Shown here piece after piece: positions 11,400-22,979 of a DNA stretch of 64,000 nt; within the stretch, counting starts at the first letter, position 1; each line of letters opens with the position of its first letter. Under the pieces are notes generated by a model. It worked only from the letters and a program-made list of their open reading frames with translations. It searched no databases and was not told the DNA's origin. Position numbers and translations under genes: made by a program. Origin of the DNA: Malacoraja senta (taxonomy: Eukaryota); NCBI GenBank assembly GCA_038087875.1, contig CM075995.1, positions 1,862,001-1,926,000 on the forward strand. The letters are read 5' to 3'.

Positions 11400-12240
11400 A
11401 TACACCAGCCACCCTTTGTGTAAAATAGTTACCCCTCAGGTTCCCATTAAATCTTTCCCCCCCACACACCTTAAACCTATGTCCTCTGGTTCTCGATCCC
11501 CTACTCTGGGCAAGAGATTCTGTGCGTCTACCCGATCTCATTCCTCTCATGATTTTGTACACCTCTATAAGATTTGTACACCTCTATAAGATCTGGTTTA
11601 AGGCGAGGCAGGAGAAATTTAATAGGAACCTGAGGGGTGACTTTTTCACACAGAATGTGGTGGGTATGTTGAACGAGCTGCTGAAGGAGGTAGTTGAGGC
11701 TGGGACTATCGCAACATTTAAGAAACATTTGGACAGGTATATGGATAGGACAGGTTTAGAGGGATATGGGCCAAACACAGGCAGGTGGGACTAATATAGA
11801 CAATAGACAATAGGTGCAGGAGTAGACCATTTGGCCTTTCGAGCCAGCACCGCCATTCAATGTGATCATGGCTGATCACCCCCAATCAGTACCCCATTCC
11901 TGCCTTCTCCCCATATCCCCTGACTCCGCTATCTTTAAGAGCCCTATCTAGCTCTCTTTTGAAAGTATCCAGAAAACCGGCCCAACTGCCCTCTGAGGCA
12001 GAGAATTCCACAATAGAGTCCCAGTCTACTCAACCTCTCCCAACAGTTCAAACCGTCGAGTCCTGGCAACATCCTCGTAAATCTTCTCTGCACCCTTTCC
12101 AGCTCGACAACATCTGTTACCATAAACAGCATCAGTTAAAACGTTCATAAGTTCATAAGTGACAGGAGCAGAATTAGGCCATTCAACCCATCAAGTCTAC
12201 TCTGCCATCCAATCATGGCCGATCTATCTTTTTTGATCTA
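11400..12240. mobile_element. Mosaic of CR1-clade 3' fragments in both orientations
   Basis: ORFs 11314..11562, 11522..11794 and 11944..12132 carry CR1 C-terminal motifs. Confidence 0.7.
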
Positions 12241-12307
12241 TTGCATACTCCGTCCATAGACTGTTATGCTGCTGCGAAGCTTTTCATTGTTCCACTTCAT
12301 GACCGGT

Positions 12308-12577
12308 GGGCAGCACGGTGGCGCAGCGCCAGAAACAGGGAGCCGTCTGTACGAAGTTTGTACGTTCTCCCCGTGACCTGCGTGGGTTTTCTCCGAGATC
12401 TTCGGTTTCCTCCCACACTCCAAAGACGCACAGGTTTTTTTTGTTAATTGACTTGGCATAAATGTAAAATTGTCCCAAGTGTGTGTCGGGCAGTGTTAAT
12501 ATGCGGGGATCGCTGGTCGGCGCGTACCCGGTGGGCCGCAGGGCCTGTTTCCACGCTGTATATCTAAACTAAACTAA
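12308..12577 (+). mobile_element. HE1-like SINE (internally deleted head)
   Basis: Head, V-domain and (AAACT)n tail. Confidence 0.8.
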
Positions 12578-12655
12578 AGAAAATCACTCTTGTCTCTTGA
12601 CTTGACTCTGAAATGAAAATTGGAGAATTCAGTGTTCATTCCTTTAGCTTGTAAG

Positions 12656-12971
12656 TTTAGTTTAGTTTAGAGATACAGCGCGGAAACAGGCCCTTCGGCC
12701 CACCGGGTCCACGCCAACCAGCGATCCCCGCACATTAACACTATCCCACACCCACTGGGGACATTTTTTACATTTACCAAGCCAATTATACTACAATCCC
12801 ACACGTCTTTGGAGTGTGGGAGGAAACCGGAGATCCCGGAGAAAACCCACGCAGGTCACGGGGAGAACGTACAAACTCCGTACAGACAGCACCCGTAGTC
12901 GGGATCGAACCCGGGTCACCGGCGCTGCATTGGCTGTAAGGCAGCAACTTTACCGCTGCGCCACAGTGACC
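12656..12971 (-). mobile_element. Full-length HE1-like SINE
   Basis: GTAAG duplication at 12651-12655 and 12972-12976; empty site present in the paralogous copy near 6705-6720. Confidence 0.85.
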
Positions 12972-13274
12972 GTAAGCTACCCAAGCAGAATATGGGGTGC
13001 TGTTCCTCCAATTTGCATGTGGCCGCACTCTGACAATGGAGGAGGCCCAAGACAAAAAAGTCAGTGTGCGATTTTGAAGGGGAGTTAAAATGGTTGAAAG
13101 GAGTTGCACTGATATCATTTTTTATCTTAAGAATAGCTCAAAGCACCTTCACACTTCATTTAATCCTTCTTTTTGCAATTAAAACATCATCCTTACATGG
13201 GCAAAAATAGCAGCTGATTTATGCACAGCTAAACTGGTTTTATTTGAGAGGCGAATGCTGGTCAGAGAACAGAT

Positions 13275-14893
13275 AGAGTCAAAGAGTGATACAGCGTGAA
13301 AACAGGCCCTTCGGCCCAACTTGCCCACATCGGCCATCACGTCCCAGCTACTAGTCTCACCTGCCTGTGTTTGGTCCATATCCCTCTAAACCTGTCCTAT
13401 CCATGTACCAGTCTAACTTTGGGATAGTCCCTGCCTCAACTACCTCCTCCGGCAGCTCGTTCCATACACCCACCATCCTTTGTGTGAAAAGGTTACCCCT
13501 CAGGTTCCTATTAAATCTTTCTCCCCTCATCTTAATTCAATGTCCTCTGGTTCTCGATTCCCCTACTCTGGGCAAGAGACTGTACGTCTACTCTCATGAT
13601 TTTGTACACCTCAATAAGATCCCATCTCGTCTTCCACTGAATAGAGTCCTGGCCTGCTCAAGCTCTCCCTGTAGCTCAGGCCCTCGAGTCCTGGCAACAT
13701 CCTCGTAAATCTTCTTTGCACCCTTTCCAGCTTGACAACATTCCTGGCTATTACCAAGGCTGTTACCATAAACAGCATCAGTTAAAACATTCAGAAGGTC
13801 ATAAGTGATAGGAGCAGATTTAGTCCATTCAGCCCACCAAGTCTACTCCGCCATTCAATCTTGGCTGATCTATCTCTCCCTCTCAACCCCATTCTCCTGT
13901 CTTTTCCCCATAACCCCTGACACCCGTACTAATCAAGAATCTACCTCTCTCTGCCTTAAACATTTCCATTGAATTGTCCTCCACGGCCATCTGTGGCAAT
14001 GAATTCCACAGATTCACCACCCTGTGACTAAAGAAATTCCTCTTCCTCTACTTCCGAAAAGAACGTTCTTTCATTCTGAGGCTTTGACCTCTAGTCCTAG
14101 ACTCTCCCACTAGTGGAAACATCCTCTCCGCAGCCACTCTATCCAGGCCTTTCAATATTCGGTAAGTTTCAATGAGGTCCCCCCCCCTCATTCTTCTAAA
14201 CTCCAACGAGTACCGGCCCAGTGCCGGCATCATATGTTAACCCACTGAGGTTGTTACCATAAACTGCATCGGTTAAAACGGGCAAGATTTTTAAAGAAGA
14301 ATTGGCACTTTTAGTGGTGCAGCTTACCACTGAAGAGTCTCAGGTGCTCCATCTATACAGCCTGGAGCAGTGGGCTGAACAGGTGTTTAGCAGTTATGTG
14401 CACAACAGTTTAGGCTTGAGATCCTCACAATTACAAACTTCCCCCAGCAGAGGCCACCCTGCTAAAGAACCGCTTTATAGAGTCATAGAGTGATACAATG
14501 TGGAAACAGGACCTTCGGCCCAACTTGCCCACACCGGCCAACATGTCCCAGCTACACCAGTTCCACCTGCCCGCGTTTGGCCCATATCCCTCCAAACCTG
14601 TCCTATCGATGTACCTGTCAAACTGTTTATTAAACGTTGGAATAGTCCCTGCCTCAACTACCTCCTCTGGCAGCTTGTTCCATACACCCACCACCCTTTG
14701 CGTGAAAAGTTACCCTTCAGGTTCCTTTTAAATCTTTTCCCCTTCACCTTAAACCTATCTCCTCTGGTCCTTGATTCACCTACTCTGGGCAAGAGACTCT
14801 GTACATCTACCCAATCTACAATAGACAATAGGTGCAGGAGTAGGCCATTCAGCCCCTCGATCTATTCCTCTCGTGATTTTATTCACCTCTATA
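13275..14893 (-). mobile_element. Three CR1-clade 3' fragments (~13275-13740, 13790-14248, 14478-14893)
   Basis: CR1 C-terminal ORFs and 3' stem-loop/tail motifs. Confidence 0.75.
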
Positions 14894-15104
14894 AGCCGGA
14901 GGATAATGGGCGGAGGGAGGGCTGTGTACACAATGCCACCTCCAGCTGAGCTATTACTGGTGCGGGCAGTGAGTGCAGCAACCCACAGCTGCCTTCCCCC
15001 AGCCCCTCACTGGTGAACGGAACAGAAACAATTCCCCAATTGCACCGAGCAGTAGGGGAAAGAGGGGAGTGAATCGACCCGCACCGCCTTATACATCGGA
15101 ATAC

Positions 15105-15493
15105 GTTCAGTCAGAGGGTGGTGAATCTGTGGAATTCATTGCCACAGAAGGCTGTGGAGGCCAAGTCAGTGGATATTTTTAAGGCAGAGATAGAGAGATT
15201 CTTGATTAGTACGAGTGTCAGAGGTTATGGGGAGAAGGCAGGAGAATGGGGTTAGGAGGGAGAGATAGATCAGCCATGATTGAACGGCGGAGTAGACTTG
15301 ATGGGCCGAATGGCCTAATTCTGCTCCTTTCTCATCTTTCGCATTGAATGGCGGTGCTGGCTTGAAGGGCCAAATGGCCTACTCCTGCACCTTTTGTCTA
15401 TTGTCTAATGTCTATTGTCTATTGTCTATTGTCTATTGTCTATTGTCTATTGTCTATTGTCTATTGTCTATTGTCTATTGTCTATTGTCTATT
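15105..15493 (+). mobile_element. Two stacked CR1 3' ends finishing in an expanded 7-mer microsatellite (TTGTCTA)~14 at 15394-15493
   Basis: QRVVNLWNSLP coding sequence; tail directly visible. Confidence 0.85.
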
Positions 15494-15952
15494 CACTTAT
15501 GAACTTATCATTTCTTCATCGGGTAACTTAATTTACTGAACCAACTCTCTTCCCAAGTATTCCGTGTCACAGTAACGTTTTCGTTTGGTGAAAACCTGCT
15601 GATTTGCATTTGGTTGAGCGCATTATGTCACCGTATGACAGCCTACCACAGTAGCATTTGCATAATTTGCCCAGCCGTCCAAACGTTGCGAAGTAACTTA
15701 CTATTTGCTGTCGCTACATCACAAGCTATCTCAGGGAAAGTTTTCTTATCGCGACCTAGCAGAAATGTGTGGATGTGAAACCTGTTCCGATAACCAGTCT
15801 AGGAGTTACCTCCGGATCTACCATTCCATGGTGGTGGCCCGTCGGTAAACACGATGGCGGATTGTGCAGTCTCAATTCTGGTGAGTTCTGACATGTCTCA
15901 CGAGCCCAATTCGTGAACCGCGCACTCGAGGACAGTTGTAGCAGATGAAGAT

Positions 15953-16350
15953 CAATAGACAATAGACAATAGGTGCAGGAGTAGGCCATTCGAGCTAGCA
16001 CCACCATTGAATGTGATCATGGCTGATCATCCCCAATCAGTACCCCGTTCCTGCCTTCTCCCCATATCCCCTGACTCCGCTATTTTTAAGAGCCCTATCT
16101 AGCTCTCTCTTGAAAGCATCCAGAGAAGCGGCCTCCACCGCCCTCTGAGGCAGAGAATTCCACAGACTCACAACTCCCTGTGAGAAAAAGTGTTTCCTCG
16201 TCTCCGTTCTAAATGGCTTACCCCTTATTCTTAAACTGTGGCCCCTGGTTCTGGACTCCCCCAACATCGGGAACATGTTTCCTGCCTCTAGCGTGACCAA
16301 ACCCTTAATAATCTTGTATGTTTCAATAAGATCCCCTCTCACCCTTCTAA
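15953..16350 (-). mobile_element. CR1 3' fragment
   Basis: ORF 16037..16369. Confidence 0.9.
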
Positions 16351-16354
16351 TCCT

Positions 16355-16860
16355 CTCATTGAAGGTCATCGCTGGTGGGTTCTGGGCAACAGCCCTCCTC
16401 CTCTCCCTGGCTTTGGTAAATCGCCCTTGGCGGCGCTCCTCGAAGCTGCTGGCTGCTGTTCGCGCTGCTGCGCGCCAGCGTGTTCTGTCGCTGGCGCTGG
16501 CTTCCAGTAGCTTGGGTACAAGTCCACATTAGTGGAGATGGTCCTTGACGCCATCTTTGTACCGCTTCCTGGGACGCCCACGGTTTCTTCGTCCCTGGGA
16601 GAGCACGCGGTAGAAGACCTGTCGAGGCATGCGGGTTTCATCCATGCTGATCCGTGCCCATTCCATCGGAGCTGTGCTTTGATGACCATTGCCTCGATGC
16701 TTGTGAAGCTGGATCTGTCCAATACTTCTAGGTTGGGCACTTTGTCGTGCCAGCGAATGCCCGTGATGGACCGTAACGGAGCGTAAATGGGACTTCTCAA
16801 GTTGACGGATGTAATTCCTATACAAAGTCCACGTGTCACAGCCACAGAGTGGGCTACCAC
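16355..16860 (-). mobile_element. RTE-clade LINE C-terminal fragment (frameshifted)
   Basis: IRWHDKVPNLEVL...AQLRWNGH...MDETRMPRQVFY...GRRNRGRPRKRYKD is typical of the RTE ORF end. Confidence 0.8.
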
Positions 16861-16974
16861 ACCATATAGCATTGTCATATAGTAGTCATTCCACTGACTG
16901 GAAAGCATGCAACAAAAAGCTTTTCACTCTGCCTTGGAACACGTGACAATAAACTAAACTAAACTAAACTATAT

Positions 16975-17182
16975 GTGTATGAAGGAACTGCAGATGCTGG
17001 TTTAAACAGAAGATAGACACAAAACGCTGGAGTAACTCAGCTGGGAAAGGCAGCATCTCTGGAGAGAAGAAATGGATGACATTTCAGGTCATCCGAAGAA
17101 GGGTTTCGACCCGAAACGTCCATTCCTTCTCTCCAAGGAGGATGCCTGTCCTGTTGAGTTACTACAGCATTTTGTGTCTACC
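16975..17182. mobile_element. Palindromic Penelope-derived mini-element (degraded)
   Basis: Inverted arms around CCGAAGAAGGGTTTCGACCCGAAACGTC. Confidence 0.7.
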
Positions 17183-17189
17183 TAAACTC

Positions 17190-17530
17190 GCCCTTTTCCC
17201 CTCTCCCTTCAGGCGAGTTGTAAAAACGCACTGAATCTCCAGATTCAGGTACTGTTTCTTCCCAGCTGTTATCATGCAACTGAACCATCCTACCAAGAAC
17301 GAGAGCGTGGTCCTGATCATCTCATTGGAGATCCTGGGACTATCTTTGATGAACTTTACTGGACTTTATCTTGCACTAAATGTTATTCACGTTATTCCCT
17401 TGATCATGTATCTGTACACTGCGGACTGCTCGGTTGTAATCATGTATTGTCTTTCCACTGACTGGTTAGGACGCACCAAAAGCTTTTCACTGTACCTCAG
17501 TGCACGTGACAATCAACTGAACTGAAACTC
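17190..17530 (+). mobile_element. Rex1/Babar LINE 3' end
   Basis: TTTCTTCCCAGCTGTTATC (FFPAVI); 3'UTR ending TTTTCACTGTACCTC...GTGACAAT-(AACTG)n; same family at ~33340-33560 and 43030-43455. Confidence 0.7.
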
Positions 17531-18306
17531 TAAAATGTTTCTAACATTGACCTTACTAATGTACAGATAATGTCAATGGTAAATTTAATTACTGGCACAG
17601 ACGTCTTCCCAATTAATTAGATATTAGTTCATTAGCCAACAGAGTTAAAGAAGGAACTGCAGATGCTGGAAAATCGAAGGTACACAAAATTGCTGGAGAA
17701 ACTCAGCGGGTGCAGCAGCATCTATGGAGCGAAGGAAATAGGCAACGTTTCGGGCCGAAACCCTTCTTCAGACTGATAGGGGGTGGGGGGAAGAAAGGAA
17801 AAAAGGAAAAAGGCGGAGGAGGAGCCCGAGGGCTGGGGGAGGGGAGGAGACAACCAGAGGGCTGATGAATGGGAGGGGACAGCAAGGGCTAGCAGAATTG
17901 GGAGAATTCAATGTTCATGCCCCCAGGATGTAGACTGCCCAAGCGGAATATGAGGTGCATTTCCTCCAATTTACGGTGTTGCTCGCTGTGGCCATGGAGG
18001 AGACCCAGGACAGAGAGGTCAGATACGGAATGGGAGGGGGAGTTGAAGTGCTGAGCCACCGGGAGCTCAGGTTGGTTATTGCGGACCGACCGGAGGTGTT
18101 CGGCGAAACGATCGCCAAGCCAGGGCATCCGAAATGTCCTCATTCTTCAGGGAACGGGGGTTCCCCTCCTCCACCATAGATGAGGTTCGCACCAGGGTCT
18201 CTGCCATACCCCGCAACACTGCTCTCTCTCCCCACCCCCCACTCACAACAAGGGCAGAGTCCCCCTAGTCCTCACCTTTCACCCCACCAGCCGTCACATA
18301 CAACAA

Positions 18307-18873
18307 GTGATCCTCCGTCAGTTTCGCCACCTCCAACGTGACCCCACCACTCGCCACATCTTCCCATCTCCCCCCATGTCTGCCTTCCGCAAAGACCGCT
18401 CCCTCCGTAACTCCCTTGTCAATTCTTCCCTTCCCTCCCATACCACCCCCTCCCCTGGTACTTTCCCTTGCAACCGCAAGAGATGCAACACTTGTCCCTT
18501 CACCTCCCCCCTCGACTCCATTCAAGGACTCAAGCAGTCGTTCCAGGTGCGACAGAGGTTCACCTGCATCTCCTCCAACCTCATCTATTGCATCCGCTGC
18601 TCTAGATGCCAGCTGATCTACATCGGTGAGACCAAGCGGAGGCTTGGCGATCATTTCGCCGAACACCTCCGGTCGGTCCGTAATAACCAACCTGAGCTCC
18701 CGGTGGCTCAGCACTTCAACTCCCCCTCCCATTCCGTATCTGACCTCTCTGTCCTGGGTCTCCTCCATGGCCACAGCGAGCAACACCGGAAATTGGGGGA
18801 AATGCACCTCATATTCCGCTTGGGCAGTCTACATCCTGGGGGCCTGAACATTGAATTCTCCCAATTCTGCTAG
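18307..18873 (+). pseudogene. Penelope-like GIY-YIG endonuclease C-terminal fragment (Neptune-type Cys linker)
   Basis: CNRKRCNTC linker; LIYCIRCSRCQLIYIGETKRRL...EH...HFN...N motifs. Confidence 0.85.
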
Positions 18874-18987
18874 CCCTTGCTGTCCCCTCCCCTTCATCAG
18901 CCCTCTGGTTGTCTCCTCGCCTCCCCCAGCCCTCGGGCTCCTCCTCCGCCTTTTTCCTTTTTTCCTTTCTTCCCCCCACCCCCTATC

Positions 18988-19022
18988 AGTCTGAAGAAGG
19001 GTTTCGGCCCGAAACGTTGCCT
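18988..19022 (+). ncRNA. Putative minimal type I hammerhead ribozyme core in the Penelope 3' UTR/pLTR
   Basis: CUGAAGA (18991-18997), stem II GGG..CCC, GAAA, CG, UU; PLE pLTRs are known to carry minimal hammerheads; stem I is only ~2 bp. Confidence 0.6.
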
Positions 19023-19139
19023 ATTTCCTTCGCTCCATAGATGCTGCTGCACCCGCTGAGTTTCTCCAGCATTTTTGTGTACAGCCAACAGAGTTAGTTG
19101 GCTATTATGTTCTTATTACACCTTCGCTCAGTCCGCCAG

Positions 19140-19500
19140 TAAAAGTAAGTAAGTAAATGTTATTTATATAGCACGTTTAAATCAACTCGCGTCGAAACCA
19201 AAGTGTTTTACATAGAAGAAATAATAAAAGAAATAATTAAGTTTCCGTACATCCATAGAAAAATTAAAAAATCAGAAAAATGACACAACACCTTATAGAA
19301 TTCAACAAGAACGTCCCCCCACAACAGAATCAACATTTTCCACTGTGGGGAAAGGCATCAGAAAGTTCAGTTCTCTTCCTCTGTGATCACCCGAGGTCGG
19401 GGCCTATTTGTGGCCTCCGCAGCCAGTCTGATGTTTTCAGGCCCTCTTGCCGGGAAGATGGAACTCCGGCGTCGGGTGAACACTCCTCCGTGGCTTGGAA
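19140..19500 (-). mobile_element. Non-autonomous GC-rich element with L2-type 3' tail
   Basis: Body homologous to 33017-33200; tail GTGCTATATAAATAA-(CTTA)n resembles the L2 tail at 32403-32473. Confidence 0.6.
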
Positions 19501-19514
19501 AATGGTACCTGGAC

Positions 19515-20062
19515 CTACCTGGTCTCCCACTTGCCAAACACTTTAATTCTCCTTCCCATTCCCACACTGACCTTTCAGTCCTAGGTCTCCTCCATTGTCA
19601 GAGTGAGGCTAAATGCAAATTGGAGGACCAGCATCTCATATTTCCCTTGGGCAGCTTACAGCCCAGTGGTATGAATCTTGATTTCTCTAACTTCAAGTAA
19701 CCCCGGCATTCCCTCTCTCTCTCTATCCCTCCCCCACCCAAGTCACACCAGCTTCTCGTTTTCACCCAATAAACAGCTAACAATGGCCTGTTTCAATAGA
19801 CAATAGACAATAGGTGCAGGAGTAGGCCATTCGGCCCTTCGAGCCAGCACCGCCATTCAATGTGATCATCATCCTTTATCATCGTTCATTTTTGCATATC
19901 TTTCATTCATTGTTCTTTATGTCTCCACATCATCGTCTATATCTCTTGTTTCCCTTTTCCCTGACTGGTCTGAAGAAGGATCTCGACCCGAAACGTCGCC
20001 CATTCCTTCTCTCCAGGGATGCTGCCTGTCCTGCTGAGTTACTCCAGCTTTTTGGTGTCCAT
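19515..20062 (+). mobile_element. Older Penelope-like 3' fragment with hammerhead-like core, interrupted by a CR1 tail (~19795-19868)
   Basis: AKHFNSPSHSHTDLSVLGLLHCQ...GSLQPSGMN; GGTCTGAAGAAGGATCTCGACCCGAAACGTC near 19967-19997. Confidence 0.7.
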
Positions 20063-20344
20063 TTTAGTTATTATATTCGTCCAGTACTATTCCGTCACAC
20101 ATTTTTCCTTCCCCACTCACTGAAAGAGTTACACCGCCATCTAGCAGTACCTTGTAGTAGTACAACTAGTCGAGCGTATGATCATGTGCATGCACAGTGA
20201 GGTACAGGTATAGGGAAGGGTTGCAGTAGCATCACAGGTACAGAGAACAAGGAACATAGAACAGCACAGCACAAGAACAGGCCCTTCAGCTCACAATGTC
20301 TGTGGTGAACATGATACCAAGACCATCTCTTATCTGTTTGCATA

Positions 20345-20780
20345 TAATAAGTTCATAAGTAATAGGAGCAGAATTAAACATAGAAACATAGAAAATAGGT
20401 GCAGGAGGAGGCCATTCGGCCCTTCGAGCCAGCACCGCCATTCATTGTGATCATGGCCGATCGTCCCCTATCAATAACCCGTGCCTGCCTTCTCCCCACA
20501 TCCCTTGACTCCACTAGCCCCTAGAGCTCTATCCAACTCTCTCTTAAATCCATCCAGTGACTTGGCCTCTGTGGCAGGGAATTCCATAAATTCACAACTC
20601 TCTGGGTGAAAAAGTCATTCGGCCCATCAAGTCTACTCCGCCATTCAGTCATGGCTGATCTAGCTTTCCCTCTCAACCCCATTCTCCTGCCTTCTCCCAG
20701 AACCCCTGACATCCATACTGATCAAGAATCTACCAATCTCCGCCTTAAAAATAACCATTGATACAGCCTCCACAGCCTTC
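20345..20780 (-). mobile_element. Nested CR1 3' tails
   Basis: Two tail subfamilies interleaved; NLWNSLP coding sequence. Confidence 0.7.
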
Positions 20781-20964
20781 CGTGGCATATAATCCATATC
20801 TCTCCACTCCCTGCAGATCCATATGCCTCAACTATCGCCCCTGCCAGCACTTTCCAGGCACTCACCACCCTCTGTACGGAAAAAACCTGCCCCCACACAT
20901 CTTTTTCCCATCTCACCTTAAAACTATGGCCTCTAGTTTTATATTTTTCCAACCTGACATAATC

Positions 20965-21672
20965 CTCTCTCCCCCTCTTGATCTCTCTGTTTCCGTCACA
21001 GGGGACAGACTATCTATCGACTGCCGTCTACTACAAACCTGCCAACTCCAACAGATATCTGGACTACACTTCCTCTCACCCTGCCTCTTGCAAATATGTT
21101 ATCCCTTAAGGGCCTGTCCCACCAGCATGCGACTGCATGCGGCAAGCGTGACCTAACATGGTCGCTTGAGCCGTACGGCCTCGCGGGGCCGGTCCCACTT
21201 CGATCGCTATAGCCATATGGCGTTGTGCGGAGCTGGTCCCGACATCGCGCGGGGCTCCGAAAAACTGACACTGTTCAAAAATCCCGCGCGGCAATGGCCT
21301 GCCGGCCCGCAGCCGCCTCGACGCCGTACGCACCGCCTCGACGGGCGTGCGCAGCGTCTCGACGCCATACACAGCGTCTTGACGCCGTACGTCACGCGCG
21401 AACTTCCCGCGGACTTCGCTCGAACTTCACGTCAATCACTCGACCTCCGCGCGGTCCCCGCTTCCGGTTTGGTCGCGCTCGCCGCATGCAGTTGCATGCT
21501 GGTGGGACTGGTCCTGTATGGGGATCACTCGACCTCCGCGCGACCTCCGCGCGGCCCCCGCTTCCGGTTAGGTTGCGCTTGCCGCATGCAGTCGCATGCT
21601 CATGGGACAGGCCTTTTACTCTCAATTTCACAGTCTCCGCCACAATCTGCTTCCAAGGTGACGTGTTCCATG
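20965..21672 (+). mobile_element. Penelope-like RT/thumb fragment split by MITE 3
   Basis: Reads (frameshifted) LDLSVSVTGDRLS..YYKPANSNRYLDYTSSHPASCK..IP|YSQF across the MITE. Confidence 0.7.
21109..21615. mobile_element. PIF/Harbinger-like MITE 3 (related to MITE 2)
   Basis: AGGGCCTGTCCCACCAGCATGCGACTGCATGCGG TIR; TTA TSD at 21106-21108 and 21616-21618. Confidence 0.85.
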
Positions 21673-21679
21673 AAGATAC

Positions 21680-22215
21680 TATATGCAGGAAAAATGTTCC
21701 CAGTGTTGGTGGAGTCCACAACCAGGGGTCACAGTTTAAGAATAAGGGTTAGGCCATTTAGGACTGAGATGAGGAAAAACCTCTTCACCCAGAGTGTTGT
21801 GAATCTGTGGAATTCTCTGCCACAGAAGGCAGTGGAGGGCAATTCACTGGATGTTTTCAAGAGAGAGTTAGATTTAGCTGTTAGGGACTAAAGGAATCAA
21901 AGGATATGGGGGGAAAAGCAGGAACGGGGTACTGATTTTAGATGATCAGCCATGATTATATTGAATGGCAGTGCTGGCTCAAAGGGCCGAAGGGCCTACT
22001 CTTGAACCTATCTTTCTATGTTACTAAGTTCGTAAGTTCATAAGTGATAGGAGCAGAATTAGGCTATTTGGCCTACTCCGCCATTCAATCATGGCTGATC
22101 TATCTCTCCCTCCTAACCCCATTCTCCCGCCTTCTCCCCATAACCCCTGACACCCGCATTAATCTGCCTTAAAAATATCCATTGACTTGGCCTCCACAGG
22201 TTCACCACCCTCTGA
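21680..22215. mobile_element. CR1 3' fragments (plus, then minus tail)
   Basis: AGKMFPVLVESTTRGHSLRI...NLWNSLP. Confidence 0.8.
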
Positions 22216-22287
22216 TTTAACTTAGGCTAGCTATAGTTAGTGCAGATGCACTCTGGCAGAATAAATCAAAAGCTGCAGCATGCATGG

Positions 22288-22530
22288 AGGAGGGCCGTCG
22301 GAGAGATAGGAAGGCCGTCGGAGAGCGAGAGGGGCCATCGGAGAGAGGGGAAGGCCATCGGAGAGAGGGGAAGGCCATCGGAGAGAGAGAGGGGGGCCGT
22401 CGGAGGAGAGGGGGACTGTCGGAGAGAGAGGGGGGCATTGGAGAGAGGAGGGCCATCGGAGAGATAGGAAGGGCGTCGGAGAGAAAGGGGGGCAGTCGGA
22501 GAGAGAGGGGGGCCGTCGAGAAGAAAGGGG
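22288..22530. repeat. Purine-rich degenerate minisatellite (~20-22 bp, GGCCRTCGGAGAGA... unit, ~11 copies)
   Basis: Directly visible. Confidence 0.8.
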
Positions 22531-22659
22531 GACCCGGCAGGGGGAGGGGGGTGGCTGTTGCCACGTGCGGCACTAGACAGGACTGTTCGGTGAACTTTAG
22601 TAACTTTGTCGATGCCAGAGACTCTTGTGTATTTCCCAGGTGAGGTCTGCTGTATGATT

Positions 22660-22943
22660 CCAGCGAAAACCCACGCGGTCACGGGGAGAACGTACAAACT
22701 CCATACAGACAGAACCCGTAGTCAGGATTGGACCTGGGTCTGTGGCCACATGCTTCGGTTTCCTCCCACACTCCAAAGACGTAGAGCTTTGTAGGCTAAT
22801 TGGCTTGTTATCAATGTAAATTGCCCCTAGTGTGTGCAGGGTAGTGTTAATGTGCGGGGATCGCTGGTCGGCGCGGACTCGGTGGGCCGAAGGACCTGTT
22901 TCCGAACTAACTGTATCTCTACACTAAACCAAAACTAAACTAA
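22660..22943 (+). mobile_element. HE1-like SINE, 5'-truncated with an inverted segment (~22665-22740)
   Basis: Antisense V-domain followed by sense 3' half and (AAACT)n. Confidence 0.7.
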
Positions 22944-22979
22944 GCATCTTTCCTATAACATGGTGACCAAAATACATTT

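Larger units (their letters stand above)
17647..19082. mobile_element. Penelope-like element with inverted pLTR structure and TSD
   Basis: TSD AGCCAACAGAGTT at 17634-17646 and 19083-19095; minus arm ~17647-18121, plus arm ~18122-19082; GIY-YIG coding sequence in both arms. Confidence 0.9.

Noticed and set aside
14320..14390. Minus-strand micro-exon ending at a GTAAGC donor
   Set aside because: Acceptor ambiguous and no recognisable peptide
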